IMG/VR virus record: IMGVR_UViG_3300005512_000034 | Location: 1 to 59,148 of that record | DNA: 59,148 bases | From: a virus | Lineage: Duplodnaviria; Caudoviricetes | Direction: 5' to 3' (one strand) | Shown here: piece by piece, positions 9,213 through 18,084 of the stretch | How the letters are laid out: each line of letters begins with the position of its first letter | Numbering within the stretch: position 1 is the stretch's first letter | Program-made: the position numbers and the translations under genes | The notes under the pieces: generated by a model | What the model was told of the DNA's origin: nothing | Databases searched by the model: none | What the model saw: the letters and a program-made list of their open reading frames with translations, nothing else

Positions 9213-9868
9213 GACCGCACCAAGTGCAGCGGCGTCGCGTTCAGCGCCAGCAGCGGGCCCTGGGTGCCGACGTTGGCGCGCTTGCACTCCAGGAGCACGC
9301 GCTGCGCGTCCCGCAACGGGGGCAGGGGGCGGGTCGCGAACCGTGCGCCAGCTGCGCGGGCCCGGCCCTGCGCCGACTGGAAGCCGCGCCGGAACTCGGC
9401 CTGGACGACGCCCAGGGTCTCCGGGGTCGCCTGCCCGATGCGGAAAAACCCGCCGCACGACAGCAGCGCAGACCGCAGGCACTCGTCCATCACGGGGCAG
9501 CACGAGATCGGCTCGCCCCGGGCGTGCAAGGTGCCCATCTCGGCGGACCACATCGGCCGGGTCAAGCCCAGCACGTAGCCCCACGCCTCCGCGCTCCAGT
9601 CCGCCCGTGCCGCCTGTGCGGCCTGCGCCAGACGCGGGATCCGGTCGAGCAGCGGCTTGAGGCCCTGCGGCCAGCCGGTGCCGGTCGCCAGGTAGTCGCT
9701 CACCGCGTCCAGCCACTCCTCGACGGTCACGGCGCGCTTGGCCAGCGTGGCGTGCCAGGCGCGGGCGGTCAGGTCCAGGATCGCGGGGTCCTTCAGGTCT
9801 CGGGGGGACGTGAACGAGCCGATCAAGACGGCCATGCCCTGGCGGATGTGTTGTGGTTCGAGGGTCAT
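9209..9868 (-). CDS. Putative helicase loader/inhibitor
   Basis: Lies between initiator and DnaB; AEAWG..V pattern. Confidence 0.5.
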   Translation of the reverse strand: MTLEPQHIRQGMAVLIGSFTSPRDLKDPAILDLTARAWHATLAKRAVTVEEWLDAVSDYLATGTGWPQGLKPLLDRIPRLAQAAQAARADWSAEAWGYVLGLTRPMWSAEMGTLHARGEPISCCPVMDECLRSALLSCGGFFRIGQATPETLGVVQAEFRRGFQSAQGRARAAGARFATRPLPPLRDAQRVLLECKRANVGTQGPLLALNATPLHLVRS

Positions 9869-10839
9869 GGCTGCGGCTCCGGGTTGACGATGATTCGTTC
9901 GGCAGGGGTCTCGTAGAGGGGCGGCGAGTCGCCGAGCAGGTAGGCGCCTGCTGCCGTGCTGCCGTTCGTGCGGCCGTAGCCGTTGCTCCGCTTCGGCCTG
10001 TTCGGGTTGGCGACCCAGGCCAGGGCCTCACGGGCTCGGGTCAAGCGGGTGGTCGGGTCGTTGTTGGGGCCGCCGATGGCGAGCACCAGCGGGTCGGATC
10101 CGGCTCGCTCTCGGAGCCAGGAGGCGTCAGGGCTCAGGTAGACCCAGCGGGCAACGGACCCCAGCACGGTCAGCGGGTCACCGAGGTCTTCGTCCTGGAT
10201 CTCCTTCAGAAACCGGTCGACCTTGCGGAGCAGGGCGGTGGTCGCCTTCGTGCCGGGCTTCGCCCACGTGAGGCTCGGGGGGCTGCCGGTCGCTTCGGCG
10301 TGAAACTCCAGCCGGGCGTCTCGGAGGATCTGGAGACCCTGCTCGGCGCGCTCGTTCCGCTTCGACGGCTTCCGGGTCTTGGGCTTCGGCTTGGGGGGTG
10401 GGTCCTGGGCTTGAGAGACAAACAGGCTGGGCGCGGAATCCGCGTCCTTGTTCTCTCTAAACTCTGAGTTCTTCTTCTTAGAAGAAGGATCGCGCGCGTC
10501 ATGAGTGTCCCGCACCTGTCCCGCACCTGTCCCAGCACCACCCCAAGGATCCCCACCATCAGCGGATCGCTTGTCCCGACCTTGTCCCAGGTCTGTCCCG
10601 GTTCTGTCCCAGATCTGTCCCACGCCCTTTTTGAGGGCCCGTTGCACCCTGGAGCGGCTCCATCCCCATTGATTCGCGAGGTCTCGGACGGTCTGGTCCT
10701 CCATGGCTCCGGTCGCCAGTAGTGCAGCGAGGTGAAGGTCTACGACCACGGTCGGGGCGGGGTTCTCGCGGCTCCAGGTGGTCACCGTCATGCGGGCCAG
10801 GAGGATCTGAGAATCGATTTTCAGGAAGGGCAGTGTCAC
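9865..10839 (-). CDS. Putative replication initiator (lambda O-like architecture)
   Basis: HTH TVRDLANQWGWSRSRVQR, internal iteron linker, upstream of loader and DnaB; start uncertain. Confidence 0.65.
   Translation of the reverse strand: MTLPFLKIDSQILLARMTVTTWSRENPAPTVVVDLHLAALLATGAMEDQTVRDLANQWGWSRSRVQRALKKGVGQIWDRTGTDLGQGRDKRSADGGDPWGGAGTGAGQVRDTHDARDPSSKKKNSEFRENKDADSAPSLFVSQAQDPPPKPKPKTRKPSKRNERAEQGLQILRDARLEFHAEATGSPPSLTWAKPGTKATTALLRKVDRFLKEIQDEDLGDPLTVLGSVARWVYLSPDASWLRERAGSDPLVLAIGGPNNDPTTRLTRAREALAWVANPNRPKRSNGYGRTNGSTAAGAYLLGDSPPLYETPAERIIVNPEPQP
10445..10625. promoter_or_regulatory. Putative replication origin: TGTCCC iterons in 11-bp register plus AT-rich tract
   Basis: TGTCCC at 10506, 10517, 10528, 10572, 10583, 10594, 10605, 10616; AT-rich 10448-10490. 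Confidence 0.7.
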
Positions 10840-10927
10840 GGGCGCACCAGTGGCGCACCGGGCTTCCGGGTGTCTTCGGGCATGGTTGTTCCAGGACTTG
10901 AGGGTTGTGGAGCCGGCCCGTTTCCAC

Positions 10928-10953
10928 CCTCCCCCGGAGCAACCCGGGGGAGG
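10928..10953. terminator. GC-rich hairpin, possible terminator/attenuator
   Basis: CCTCCCCCGG-AGCAAC-CCGGGGGAGG in intergenic DNA; no clear U tract. Confidence 0.4.
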
Positions 10954-11019
10954 TACCGCACTCGCGGTCACTGGAAACGATCTCAGCCACGGAGACCCTA
11001 CCGGGCCCCCGGTTTGGGG

Positions 11020-11415
11020 TCAAGCGGCAGCCTGGCCCCGATGTTCGGCGATCAGCGCTTCGATCTGCTCGTGCGAGTGGACGGCACAGAAGACCATCCC
11101 GCCGCCGGTCAGTTGCCAGCGGCCACCCCGGAGTCGGTAGACCTCGGCCTTGCCGAACTCCTCGATGGTGCTCAGCGCGACGACCGCGGGGGCTCCGGTG
11201 TCAGGGTGCGTGTCGACGCGCACCGAGATCCCGTGACCGCACATCCGGGTCTGACCCTTGACTGCTCGGCGGGGCCGGCAGGAGGGGCACAGGGTGGCGC
11301 GGCGCACGCTGCCGTCCCAGAAGATGGGGGCGCCGCGCTCGAAGCGGGCCCCACACAGGCAGCTGCCCGGGTACTTGGCGGCGAAGGGGCGGGGGCTGCG
11401 GTTGCGGTAGTTCAT
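11020..11415 (-). CDS. Hypothetical zinc-binding protein (MNYRNRSPRPFAAKYPGSCLCG...)
   Basis: AKYPGxCxC...CPSC; motif promoter upstream. Confidence 0.7.
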   Translation of the reverse strand: MNYRNRSPRPFAAKYPGSCLCGARFERGAPIFWDGSVRRATLCPSCRPRRAVKGQTRMCGHGISVRVDTHPDTGAPAVVALSTIEEFGKAEVYRLRGGRWQLTGGGMVFCAVHSHEQIEALIAEHRGQAAA

Positions 11416-11421
11416 GTCGGT

Positions 11422-11478
11422 CTCCGTTGCTACACAGGTATAGTAGCAGACACGGGACGCAGGGGCAACCAAACGATC
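11422..11478 (-). promoter_or_regulatory. Cassette promoter with operator
   Basis: GATC-N6-TTGCCC-17-TACTAT; palindrome 11429-11447. Confidence 0.85.
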
Positions 11479-11752
11479 ATCCCGCGATCACCTTCGCCCG
11501 TGCGGCACCCAGCGGATCCGCGATGTCGACCGGCCACGTCTCGACTACGTGCCCCGGTTGGGTGGCCGCCCACGCTTCCGCCTTGGCCACGTCCGCGGCC
11601 GTACCGCTCAGAAGCCACACGACAGCATGCGCGACCTGCACCGTCCGCATCTTCACCCGGACGCCGAGGTCGATCCGGACGGTGGCAGGGTCCTCGGCCG
11701 GGACCTGCTGGCCCTCGGCCCAAGCGACCGTAATGCACACCCGGGCGCCCAT
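11477..11752 (-). CDS. Hypothetical protein
   Basis: TGATG coupling with upstream gene. Confidence 0.5.
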   Translation of the reverse strand: MGARVCITVAWAEGQQVPAEDPATVRIDLGVRVKMRTVQVAHAVVWLLSGTAADVAKAEAWAATQPGHVVETWPVDIADPLGAARAKVIAG

Positions 11753-11919
11753 CAGGACACGCCCTGGGCCCACTGGTCGGCCTTGTCGTTGGCCCACTCG
11801 TTGGCCTGCTCCGCGGTGATGTCACCGGAGCGGACCATGTCGGCCAGGTCGCTCTGGAGTTCGCGCATCATGCGAGCGGTGCGGGTGTCGTTGATGCGGT
11901 CGAAGTCGGTCTTGGTCAT
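11752..11919 (-). CDS. Small hypothetical protein (55 aa, MTKTDFDRIND...)
   Basis: Read by hand; AAGGAG RBS and motif promoter. Confidence 0.7.
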   Translation of the reverse strand: MTKTDFDRINDTRTARMMRELQSDLADMVRSGDITAEQANEWANDKADQWAQGVS

Positions 11920-11924
11920 GTTGG

Positions 11925-11980
11925 CTCCTTGCTACACACTCATAGTAGCTACTGCGGGTGCGTAGCGCAAGGAAACGATC
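11925..11980 (-). promoter_or_regulatory. Cassette promoter with two overlapping operators
   Basis: GATC-N6-TTGCGC-17-TACTAT; double palindrome 11931-11966. Confidence 0.85.
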
Positions 11981-11986
11981 GGGGGG

Positions 11987-12199
11987 TCAAGCCGCGCCGC
12001 GGCTCAGGTACTCGGCGACGGTGTAGAACCACGGGAAGGGCAAGCCGCCCGCGGAGCCGTAGAGTTCGCCGCTGTCCCAATCGGGCCAGATCGAGACAGG
12101 GCCGTGCGGGCCCCGGAAGACGAGGCCCTCGTCGTCGTGGCTGACGAGGACGCCGAGACGGCGCGCCTCGGCGATCAGGTCCAGTACGTGCTTGCTCAT
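11987..12199 (-). CDS. Hypothetical protein (MSKHVLDL...)
   Basis: ATGA coupling. Confidence 0.55.
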   Translation of the reverse strand: MSKHVLDLIAEARRLGVLVSHDDEGLVFRGPHGPVSIWPDWDSGELYGSAGGLPFPWFYTVAEYLSRGAA

Positions 12200-12516
12200 G
12201 CCGGCACCGAGGCGGGGTTCAGCCGCACCGCGAGGTCGCACATCTTCCACCGGGTGGCGACGCTCAGGTCCCGCCCGTTGCGGCCCATCGCGGCGTCGTA
12301 GGCGGGCGCCGTGTCAGCTGCGCCGGCCATGTGCGCCAGGGCCGCCTCGCAGGCCAGCAGCAGGACGCTCTCGGCCTCGTCGAGCAGGGTCGCGACGCGC
12401 TCCCACTCGGCGTCGGTGCAGTTGCCGTCCTCGATTGCGTCGTCGGTCACGTCCATCAGCGCCTTGGCGGTGGTGTAGGCGGCCTGGGCGGTCTTGAGGG
12501 TGGCTCGCTTGCTCAT
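12196..12516 (-). CDS. Hypothetical protein
   Basis: Motif promoter and GGAG RBS. Confidence 0.7.
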   Translation of the reverse strand: MSKRATLKTAQAAYTTAKALMDVTDDAIEDGNCTDAEWERVATLLDEAESVLLLACEAALAHMAGAADTAPAYDAAMGRNGRDLSVATRWKMCDLAVRLNPASVPA

Positions 12517-12522
12517 GTTCGG

Positions 12523-12589
12523 CTCCGGTTTGGTGTCTCGCTACACCCACAAGGTAGCGGGTGCGCGTGTCGGATGCAAGCAGGCGATC
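12523..12589 (-). promoter_or_regulatory. Cassette promoter with operator (GTAGCGAGACACC leader class)
   Basis: GATC-N6-TTGCAT-17-TACCTT; palindrome 12540-12558. Confidence 0.85.
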
Positions 12590-12616
12590 GGGGGTGATCG
12601 TCTGGGCGCTCCGCGC

Positions 12617-12662
12617 TTGCGTCGGGCGGGGCGATCCGCTACTATGGACTCGTAGCAAGGAG
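12617..12662 (+). promoter_or_regulatory. Cassette promoter with operator, divergent from the previous one
   Basis: TTGCGT-17-TACTAT; palindrome 12638-12656; AAGGAG. Confidence 0.85.
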
Positions 12663-12667
12663 CCAAC

Positions 12668-12850
12668 ATGCAGACGACCAAGCGCGAAGCCCGCATCCAC
12701 AACAACGGCGGGGCCCGCCCCTTCATGGTGTTCTTCGGGCACGTCGAGCGGACCGGCGAGTTCATCGTGGCTCGCAGCCGCCCCACCCGGAACTACAAGA
12801 CCGAGGCCGGCGCGAAGCGCGCGGTCAAGCGCTGGGAGGCGGGAGCATGA
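12668..12850 (+). CDS. Small basic hypothetical protein
   Basis: Motif promoter; RNYKTEAGAKRA. Confidence 0.7.
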   Translation: MQTTKREARIHNNGGARPFMVFFGHVERTGEFIVARSRPTRNYKTEAGAKRAVKRWEAGA

Positions 12851-12904
12851 GCGGCGAGCGCATGACGGCCCGCCTCGACTGGACCGTGGTGTGGGGGCTG
12901 GTCG

Positions 12905-13207
12905 ATGGCGCGGCCTGACCTGTCCGACTACGGCGTCCGCATGGGGCGCTCTCGTCGCGTCGAGGGGCAACCGGGCGTGGTCGTGGATTTCGACTGCTCC
13001 GAGTTAGTTGCCAAGTTGGAGCGTCTGCGCGACGCGATCGAGGACCTGCCTCCAGCGATCCGCGAGCGGTTGTCGATAGTCTACGGCGACCCGACCATCG
13101 TCGACGACGGCCCCTGCGAGTGGTGCCTGGAGGCCCGCGGGGCCGCACGCCGTGCCGGCGACCCGCAGGCGCACCTGGTCACCTGCGAGGAGCACCGACG
13201 AGGATGA
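12905..13207 (+). CDS. Hypothetical protein with CxxC...CxxH
   Basis: ORF downstream in the cassette; converges on the Dam-like gene. Confidence 0.5.
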   Translation: MARPDLSDYGVRMGRSRRVEGQPGVVVDFDCSELVAKLERLRDAIEDLPPAIRERLSIVYGDPTIVDDGPCEWCLEARGAARRAGDPQAHLVTCEEHRRG

Positions 13208-14093
13208 CCTCGCGCACTGCGCCGCGCTTGCTGGCGTCGCGGTTGATCGTTCGGGCGACCGGCATCTCGTGGGCCTCGAAGCCCTCCGCGGCGTAGCGGG
13301 CGATCCACCCGTCGTTCCAGTGGTTCGTCGAGATGACGTGCGCGCCCGCGTCCCGCAGCTGCGCGAGGAGCTCGAGCAGGTCGACCTGGTCCTGACTGTT
13401 GAAGCCGGCCGCGGTGTACCCGGTCCAGGACTCCTTGACGGCGGGCCCGAACAGGCCAGGAGACGCGCCGTCGTCCTGGAGCCCCCAATAGGGCGGGTCG
13501 ACGAACAGCAGCAGCCGCTCGCCAGCCTGAGCGCGCGCCAGGGCCGCCCGCAGGGTCAGCCTGAAGTCGCGGCAGTGGATCTCCGCGTTGGTCAGCTGCA
13601 TGTGGTCCGAACACGCCCGCAGCGCGTCGGCGAACAGCACCCGGTGATCGGGCGGCACCTTGCCCCAGGGCGTGTTGACGCCGCCCTCGGCGTTGGTCCG
13701 GTAGAGCCCGTTGAAGCCGCACCGGTTGACGTAGATCATGTCGGCCGCGATCTGCACACTCGACTTGCACGGCCCCTTCGCCTTGGAGCACTCGGAAAGC
13801 CGGTCGCGAGCACGCAGAAACACCGGCTTGCTGACCTTCATCCCGCCCAACACACTAACTACAGACTCCACGCTGTCTCGTACACTAGTGTACATCGCCA
13901 CCAACGGGCGCACGGCGTCGCCGAGCAGGGCGTCTCCGGCCATGTGCTGACCGAACGCGAAGTAGAACGCGCCGCCCCCGGTGAAGGGCACGACCAGGCT
14001 CCGGCTCGTCCAGTCCTCGGGCATGTGCGGTTGAATGTGACTCAACACAGACCGCTTGCCGCCTGCCCACTTGACCATCGGCTTGGCTTCCAT
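13179..14093 (-). CDS. dam: Dam-like (D12 class) DNA adenine methyltransferase
   Basis: KWAGGK, PFTGGGA, YVNRCGFNGLYRTN, FVDPPY, GFNSQDQVDL. Confidence 0.9.
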   Translation of the reverse strand: MEAKPMVKWAGGKRSVLSHIQPHMPEDWTSRSLVVPFTGGGAFYFAFGQHMAGDALLGDAVRPLVAMYTSVRDSVESVVSVLGGMKVSKPVFLRARDRLSECSKAKGPCKSSVQIAADMIYVNRCGFNGLYRTNAEGGVNTPWGKVPPDHRVLFADALRACSDHMQLTNAEIHCRDFRLTLRAALARAQAGERLLLFVDPPYWGLQDDGASPGLFGPAVKESWTGYTAAGFNSQDQVDLLELLAQLRDAGAHVISTNHWNDGWIARYAAEGFEAHEMPVARTINRDASKRGAVREVILVGAPRR

Positions 14094-14163
14094 CTCGACT
14101 CCCCAAAGAGCAACGCCCAGGTCATCGACCCGGGCGCGCTGTGTGCTTCGCTGTGGCGACCCC

Positions 14164-15108
14164 TCAGAGGGTCTTGGTGGCTTCGTCCAATGCCCGCGAC
14201 GTGTAGGGCGCGAACATCTCCAACTGCCCGGTGCGGGTGATGTCCCACGCCTCCAGACGGTCGCCGGTGCTCGGGTGCGCCTGCACGCTGACCGCGGCCT
14301 GCGCCTGCTCCTTCGTCTGAGCGCCGAAGCGCGCCATAGTGGCGACGAAGCCGACCACGTCGGGCTGGCGCTTGTAGGGCACCAGGCCGCCGCTCTTGTT
14401 GGTCTTGACGCCGCAGTACATCAGGGCGTTGTGCATCGCGGCGCGGCGCTGCTCGGGAGTAGCGATCAGCCAGTAGGCGAGCGACAACTCGACGACGAAC
14501 AGGGGCGCCTCGGGCGCGCTGCCGTCGTAGCAGTCCCGGTCGATCAGGCGGACCACCTTCGCGGTCCCGGTCAACAGGTTGCCCCGCTGCTTGCGGATCC
14601 GGGTGAACCACCGGACCTCGATCGGGCACTTGCGCAGGGCGCCGAACTCCTCCGAGCAGCCCGAGCGCAACTCGCGGAGCACGTCCATCGCGCCGACGAT
14701 GTTCCGCTGCGACGGGATCACCGTGTAGGGCAACTGCTGGTCGAACTCGTCGTCCTCGGCGAGCGCCTCGTACCACTGCGTCGAGTGCAACTGCCCGCCC
14801 GGGATGTACTTGGGCCAGTCCTCCAGCAACTCGGCCGCGCGCTCCAGGGCGTAGGCGGTCGTCCCGTGCTCTCGGGCGATGTACTCGGCCTGCTGGCAGG
14901 CGGTCTCGAAGGCGACGCGCTGGTCTTTGACCTTGGCGCCCCACGGGACGGCGGCAGAGGGCTCCTCGCCATCTCCGTCGTCGTTCTCGTGTGTCACGTC
15001 GATCTCGGTCGTGTCGGGGGGCGCGCCATCGGCGGGCGGCTCGCCCAAGACCAGGACCTCTCGGTCGCTGTCCGGGCTGGGTGGGAGGTTGGAAACGTGT
15101 CGCATCAT
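14164..15108 (-). CDS. Putative phage metallopeptidase-like protein (degenerate active site)
   Basis: W..ATPEQRRAAMHNALMYCG...PDVVGF...ARFG pattern. Confidence 0.55.
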   Translation of the reverse strand: MMRHVSNLPPSPDSDREVLVLGEPPADGAPPDTTEIDVTHENDDGDGEEPSAAVPWGAKVKDQRVAFETACQQAEYIAREHGTTAYALERAAELLEDWPKYIPGGQLHSTQWYEALAEDDEFDQQLPYTVIPSQRNIVGAMDVLRELRSGCSEEFGALRKCPIEVRWFTRIRKQRGNLLTGTAKVVRLIDRDCYDGSAPEAPLFVVELSLAYWLIATPEQRRAAMHNALMYCGVKTNKSGGLVPYKRQPDVVGFVATMARFGAQTKEQAQAAVSVQAHPSTGDRLEAWDITRTGQLEMFAPYTSRALDEATKTL

Positions 15109-15138
15109 GGGTTCCTCGCTGTGGCCATTCGGCCGGGT

Positions 15139-15702
15139 TCAGATGTTGAGAGCGGCGGCGCCGACGCCCAGGGCTTGCCATCCATGGGACGCAACCCCGA
15201 AGAGTGGGCCCGGAGCAGCCTTGCGCCCGACGGCGACCGCCTTGCAGCCGCCCCAAGTGTTGATCAGCCACGCGCGGACCTGGGAGTCGCGCGAGCCGCC
15301 GGAGATGTGCATGTGCTTGAGGACCTCGCGCCGGGTGACCATGCAGACGGTCATCCCCAGGAGCAACGCGCGGCCGCGCATCGAGCCGGACTCCTCCGCG
15401 GTCGCGATCAGGTCCGAGCCAGCTGCCGACGAGGTCTTGGAGTGCCCGTAGAACAGGCACCGCTCGATCGCAACCAGCGTGCGCGCGTGTCGGGCCTGGC
15501 TGATCAGCGCTCGCACATCGGCGTTGGGCATCGCCTTCTCGGCACGCTCGACGCGCCACGGCGGGCTCCATGTGCCGTTGGGCAACTGCTGCGCCTTCGC
15601 CTTGCGCAGGACCGCGACGCCGCTGTTGAGCGGGCCAGGGTCGATGCACACGGCGAGCAGGAACTCGCCGGCAGGCGCGCGCGGGTAGAACGTCCCGGGC
15701 AC
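15139..15702 (-). CDS. RuvC-like Holliday junction resolvase
   Basis: CIDPGPLNSGVAV, LVAIER, RREVLKH, HGWQALGVG. Confidence 0.7.
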   Translation of the reverse strand: MPGTFYPRAPAGEFLLAVCIDPGPLNSGVAVLRKAKAQQLPNGTWSPPWRVERAEKAMPNADVRALISQARHARTLVAIERCLFYGHSKTSSAAGSDLIATAEESGSMRGRALLLGMTVCMVTRREVLKHMHISGGSRDSQVRAWLINTWGGCKAVAVGRKAAPGPLFGVASHGWQALGVGAAALNI

Positions 15703-16337
15703 TACTCGGCCGGCGCGGCCTTCGCCGCCTGGGCTTGGTGCGCGTCGAAGGCGTCCCGCGTGTGCCGGAGCACGGTCACGTCGGACACGCCGAACCGCTC
15801 GGCGATGACCCGCAGCGGGGTCTCGTCGATGCGCAGTTTGAGCATCTCCCCGACCTGGGCGCGCGAGACCTTGCGGCGCGACTGCGCCCGGTCCTTGCGG
15901 GCCAACTTCGACTTCATCTGCGAGCGGGCGACCATCTTGGCGATCTCCGCGGCGGGGCGCGGGTTGTCCAGCATCGCGCGGTGCGCGTCGTCGAGCCACC
16001 CGAACATCGGGCACGAGCCCTCCGACTCGATGTGCTGCTCGGCGGCCCACAGTAGGGTCGGGGACTGCCCGGACCGGTCCACATCGCCCACGGGCACAGC
16101 CGAGAACGATTCGACCTGCGCGCGGACCTCGGGCGGGAGCCAGTCCATGACGCGCACGGCGCCCCCGGTGGCCTGCTCGATCTCCACGGCGCGGTCGAGA
16201 CGCGGGGTCCGACCCTGCCGCAGGTAGGAGCCGACGGCCCCCGTCGATAGGCCGATCAGGTCGGCGTATCCCTGCACGGTGATCCCGAGTTCCTCTCGGT
16301 GTTGGGCCATGCGGCCGCCGGGCACAAAGGTGCTCAC
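15702..16337 (-). CDS. Two-HTH transcriptional regulator (Cro/XRE-like N-terminus)
   Basis: ITVQGYADLIGLSTGAVGSYLRQGRTP...IEQATGGAV; C-terminal LRVIAERFGVSDVTV. Confidence 0.8.
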   Translation of the reverse strand: MSTFVPGGRMAQHREELGITVQGYADLIGLSTGAVGSYLRQGRTPRLDRAVEIEQATGGAVRVMDWLPPEVRAQVESFSAVPVGDVDRSGQSPTLLWAAEQHIESEGSCPMFGWLDDAHRAMLDNPRPAAEIAKMVARSQMKSKLARKDRAQSRRKVSRAQVGEMLKLRIDETPLRVIAERFGVSDVTVLRHTRDAFDAHQAQAAKAAPAE

Positions 16338-16343
16338 GTCATG

Positions 16344-16424
16344 CTCCTCGCTACAGGTTCAGGCGGGTGATCGCCTGCCTTGCATTGATAGTAGCGCGTG
16401 CTACACTGCGTAGCAAGCGAGGAG
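16344..16424. promoter_or_regulatory. Divergent control region with variant operator sites
   Basis: GATC-N7-TTGCAT-16-TACACT, GCTAC-N5-GTAGC, extra half sites at 16350 and 16391. Confidence 0.65.
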
Positions 16425-16429
16425 AACGT

Positions 16430-16678
16430 GTGCCGGTTTCAGACCGAACGCGAGGGCGTGTCGTGCGCAACCTGATCAAGACCTACGGGCTCGAACGCAC
16501 CGAGAGGTTCATCGCGGCGCTGTCCATCAGCAACGCCGCGGGGGCTCGCGTCCTGGGCGTGTCCAGGTCCCGGGGCGGCCAGTTGGCCAAGATCCTCGGC
16601 GCGCGCATCTCGACCTACACCGTTGACCCCGTCGTCCAGCGCATCGCGGACGAGCAAGACTCACAGAGCGAGGAGTAG
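16430..16678 (+). CDS. Small HTH-like protein
   Basis: SNAAGARVLGVSRSRGGQL; GAGGAG RBS. Confidence 0.6.
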   Translation: MPVSDRTRGRVVRNLIKTYGLERTERFIAALSISNAAGARVLGVSRSRGGQLAKILGARISTYTVDPVVQRIADEQDSQSEE

Positions 16679-16682
16679 CCAC

Positions 16683-17882
16683 ATGGCACAGCGATCGACA
16701 GCAATCCAGAAGGGCGACCAGCGCCTCGACACCACCGTCCACGACCCGCGCCTGCGGATCGACATGGGCGCCAACGGCATCGCCTACCGGACGACGCAGG
16801 AGGTGCGCCTGTACAAGGACCGCGACCTCTACTGCCTGCGCCGGAGCCCGAGCGCCGACGACAAGCACAACATCTGGGGCTCGGGCTGCTCCAAGATCGT
16901 GGCGGCCATGGGCGGCCGGCTTGAACCGCTGCCGAGCAGCATCGACCCGGAGACCCAGGAGCCCCGGGCCGGCATGCGCTGGACGCTCGACGAGGTCAGC
17001 GGGACGATCAAGGTCATCGAGTGCGACGCGATCTGCGCCGTGCGGAACCCGATGACCGGCGAGTGGAGCGTCGGCGTGGCGACCGCCTACGAGGACATCG
17101 ACGGCTTCCTGCTGCGGGAACTGGTCAAACTGTCCAGCCACAACGGCGAGGCGGCGCGGCTGCTGACCCAGCGGGGCATGGAGAAACTGCGGGACAGCGA
17201 GGACGGCGACGGCTGGCTGATCAAGCCCTACTCCGAGGGCGTGTGGCTCTGCGCGAACCTGGCCAAGGAGACCGTGCGGGACGCGCTCAAGAAGCACCGT
17301 GAGTTCGCCGACGTGAAGACCCTGGCCCCGCGCATCCGGTCCAAGGCGCTGCGGCACGCCTTTCTCGCCAACCCGGTGACCCGGCAGTACGCGAGCGTCG
17401 AGCACGGCTACCTCCGGCAGATCGACGGGCCGCCGTGCTGGCGCGTCATGGTCAAGGCGTGGATCGAGCATGTGCCCCGGAACCAGGTCGAGACGATCCT
17501 CGCGCGCATGGTCGCCGAGGGCGGCTTCAACACCGCGCCCGTCGCGCTGCTGGAGAACGACGACAACGTGATGGACATGGAGTTCGAGGACGCCCAGATC
17601 GACGACGACGAGCGCGCGCCCGAGCCCATCGAGGAGACGACCCCGGTGCGCCGACCCAAGGCCGCGGCGAAGCCCCAGGCGAAGCGGTCCAAGCCCGCGC
17701 CCCAGCCGGTGGACGAGGACGAGCACATGCGGGTCGCCGCGCTGGTCGCCGAGTACGCCGCGACCATGTCGTCCGTGGACGTGGAGGTCGCCATGGCCAA
17801 GGCGGGGGTCGCAGACCTCAACGACGCGTCGGTCGATGAACTCCGCGAGGTGCTCGCCGAGTTGAGGGCGGCGCAGGCGTGA
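16683..17882 (+). CDS. Hypothetical protein, possible ssDNA-annealing/recombination protein
   Basis: GAGGAG RBS; globular N-terminus with acidic flexible tail; upstream of SbcC-like gene. Confidence 0.55.
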   Translation: MAQRSTAIQKGDQRLDTTVHDPRLRIDMGANGIAYRTTQEVRLYKDRDLYCLRRSPSADDKHNIWGSGCSKIVAAMGGRLEPLPSSIDPETQEPRAGMRWTLDEVSGTIKVIECDAICAVRNPMTGEWSVGVATAYEDIDGFLLRELVKLSSHNGEAARLLTQRGMEKLRDSEDGDGWLIKPYSEGVWLCANLAKETVRDALKKHREFADVKTLAPRIRSKALRHAFLANPVTRQYASVEHGYLRQIDGPPCWRVMVKAWIEHVPRNQVETILARMVAEGGFNTAPVALLENDDNVMDMEFEDAQIDDDERAPEPIEETTPVRRPKAAAKPQAKRSKPAPQPVDEDEHMRVAALVAEYAATMSSVDVEVAMAKAGVADLNDASVDELREVLAELRAAQA

Positions 17883-18052
17883 GCCGCGTCCTGCTGCCGG
17901 TTGTCGCCCCGTCTGCCGTCCTCGCTGCTGCGATGGCGGTGGACGTGGGTGTCAGCCTGTGCGACGCCCACAAGGGGCTCGGCCGCTGGTGGGGTGGGCT
18001 CATGGCCGACCTGATCATCAACGGAGCCCGGTAGCCCCTGCGCTCCTGCTGC

Positions 18053-18077
18053 GCTATGCTTTCCGTGTAGCAAGGAG
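18053..18077 (+). promoter_or_regulatory. Variant operator GCTAT-N9-GTAGC plus AAGGAG
   Basis: One mismatch; -10 TATGCT. Confidence 0.65.
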
Positions 18078-18084
18078 CGACACC

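Noticed and set aside
16344-16363. GTTCAGG segment as a Myxococcus-type LexA box
   Set aside because: Only one half matches and the spacing is wrong
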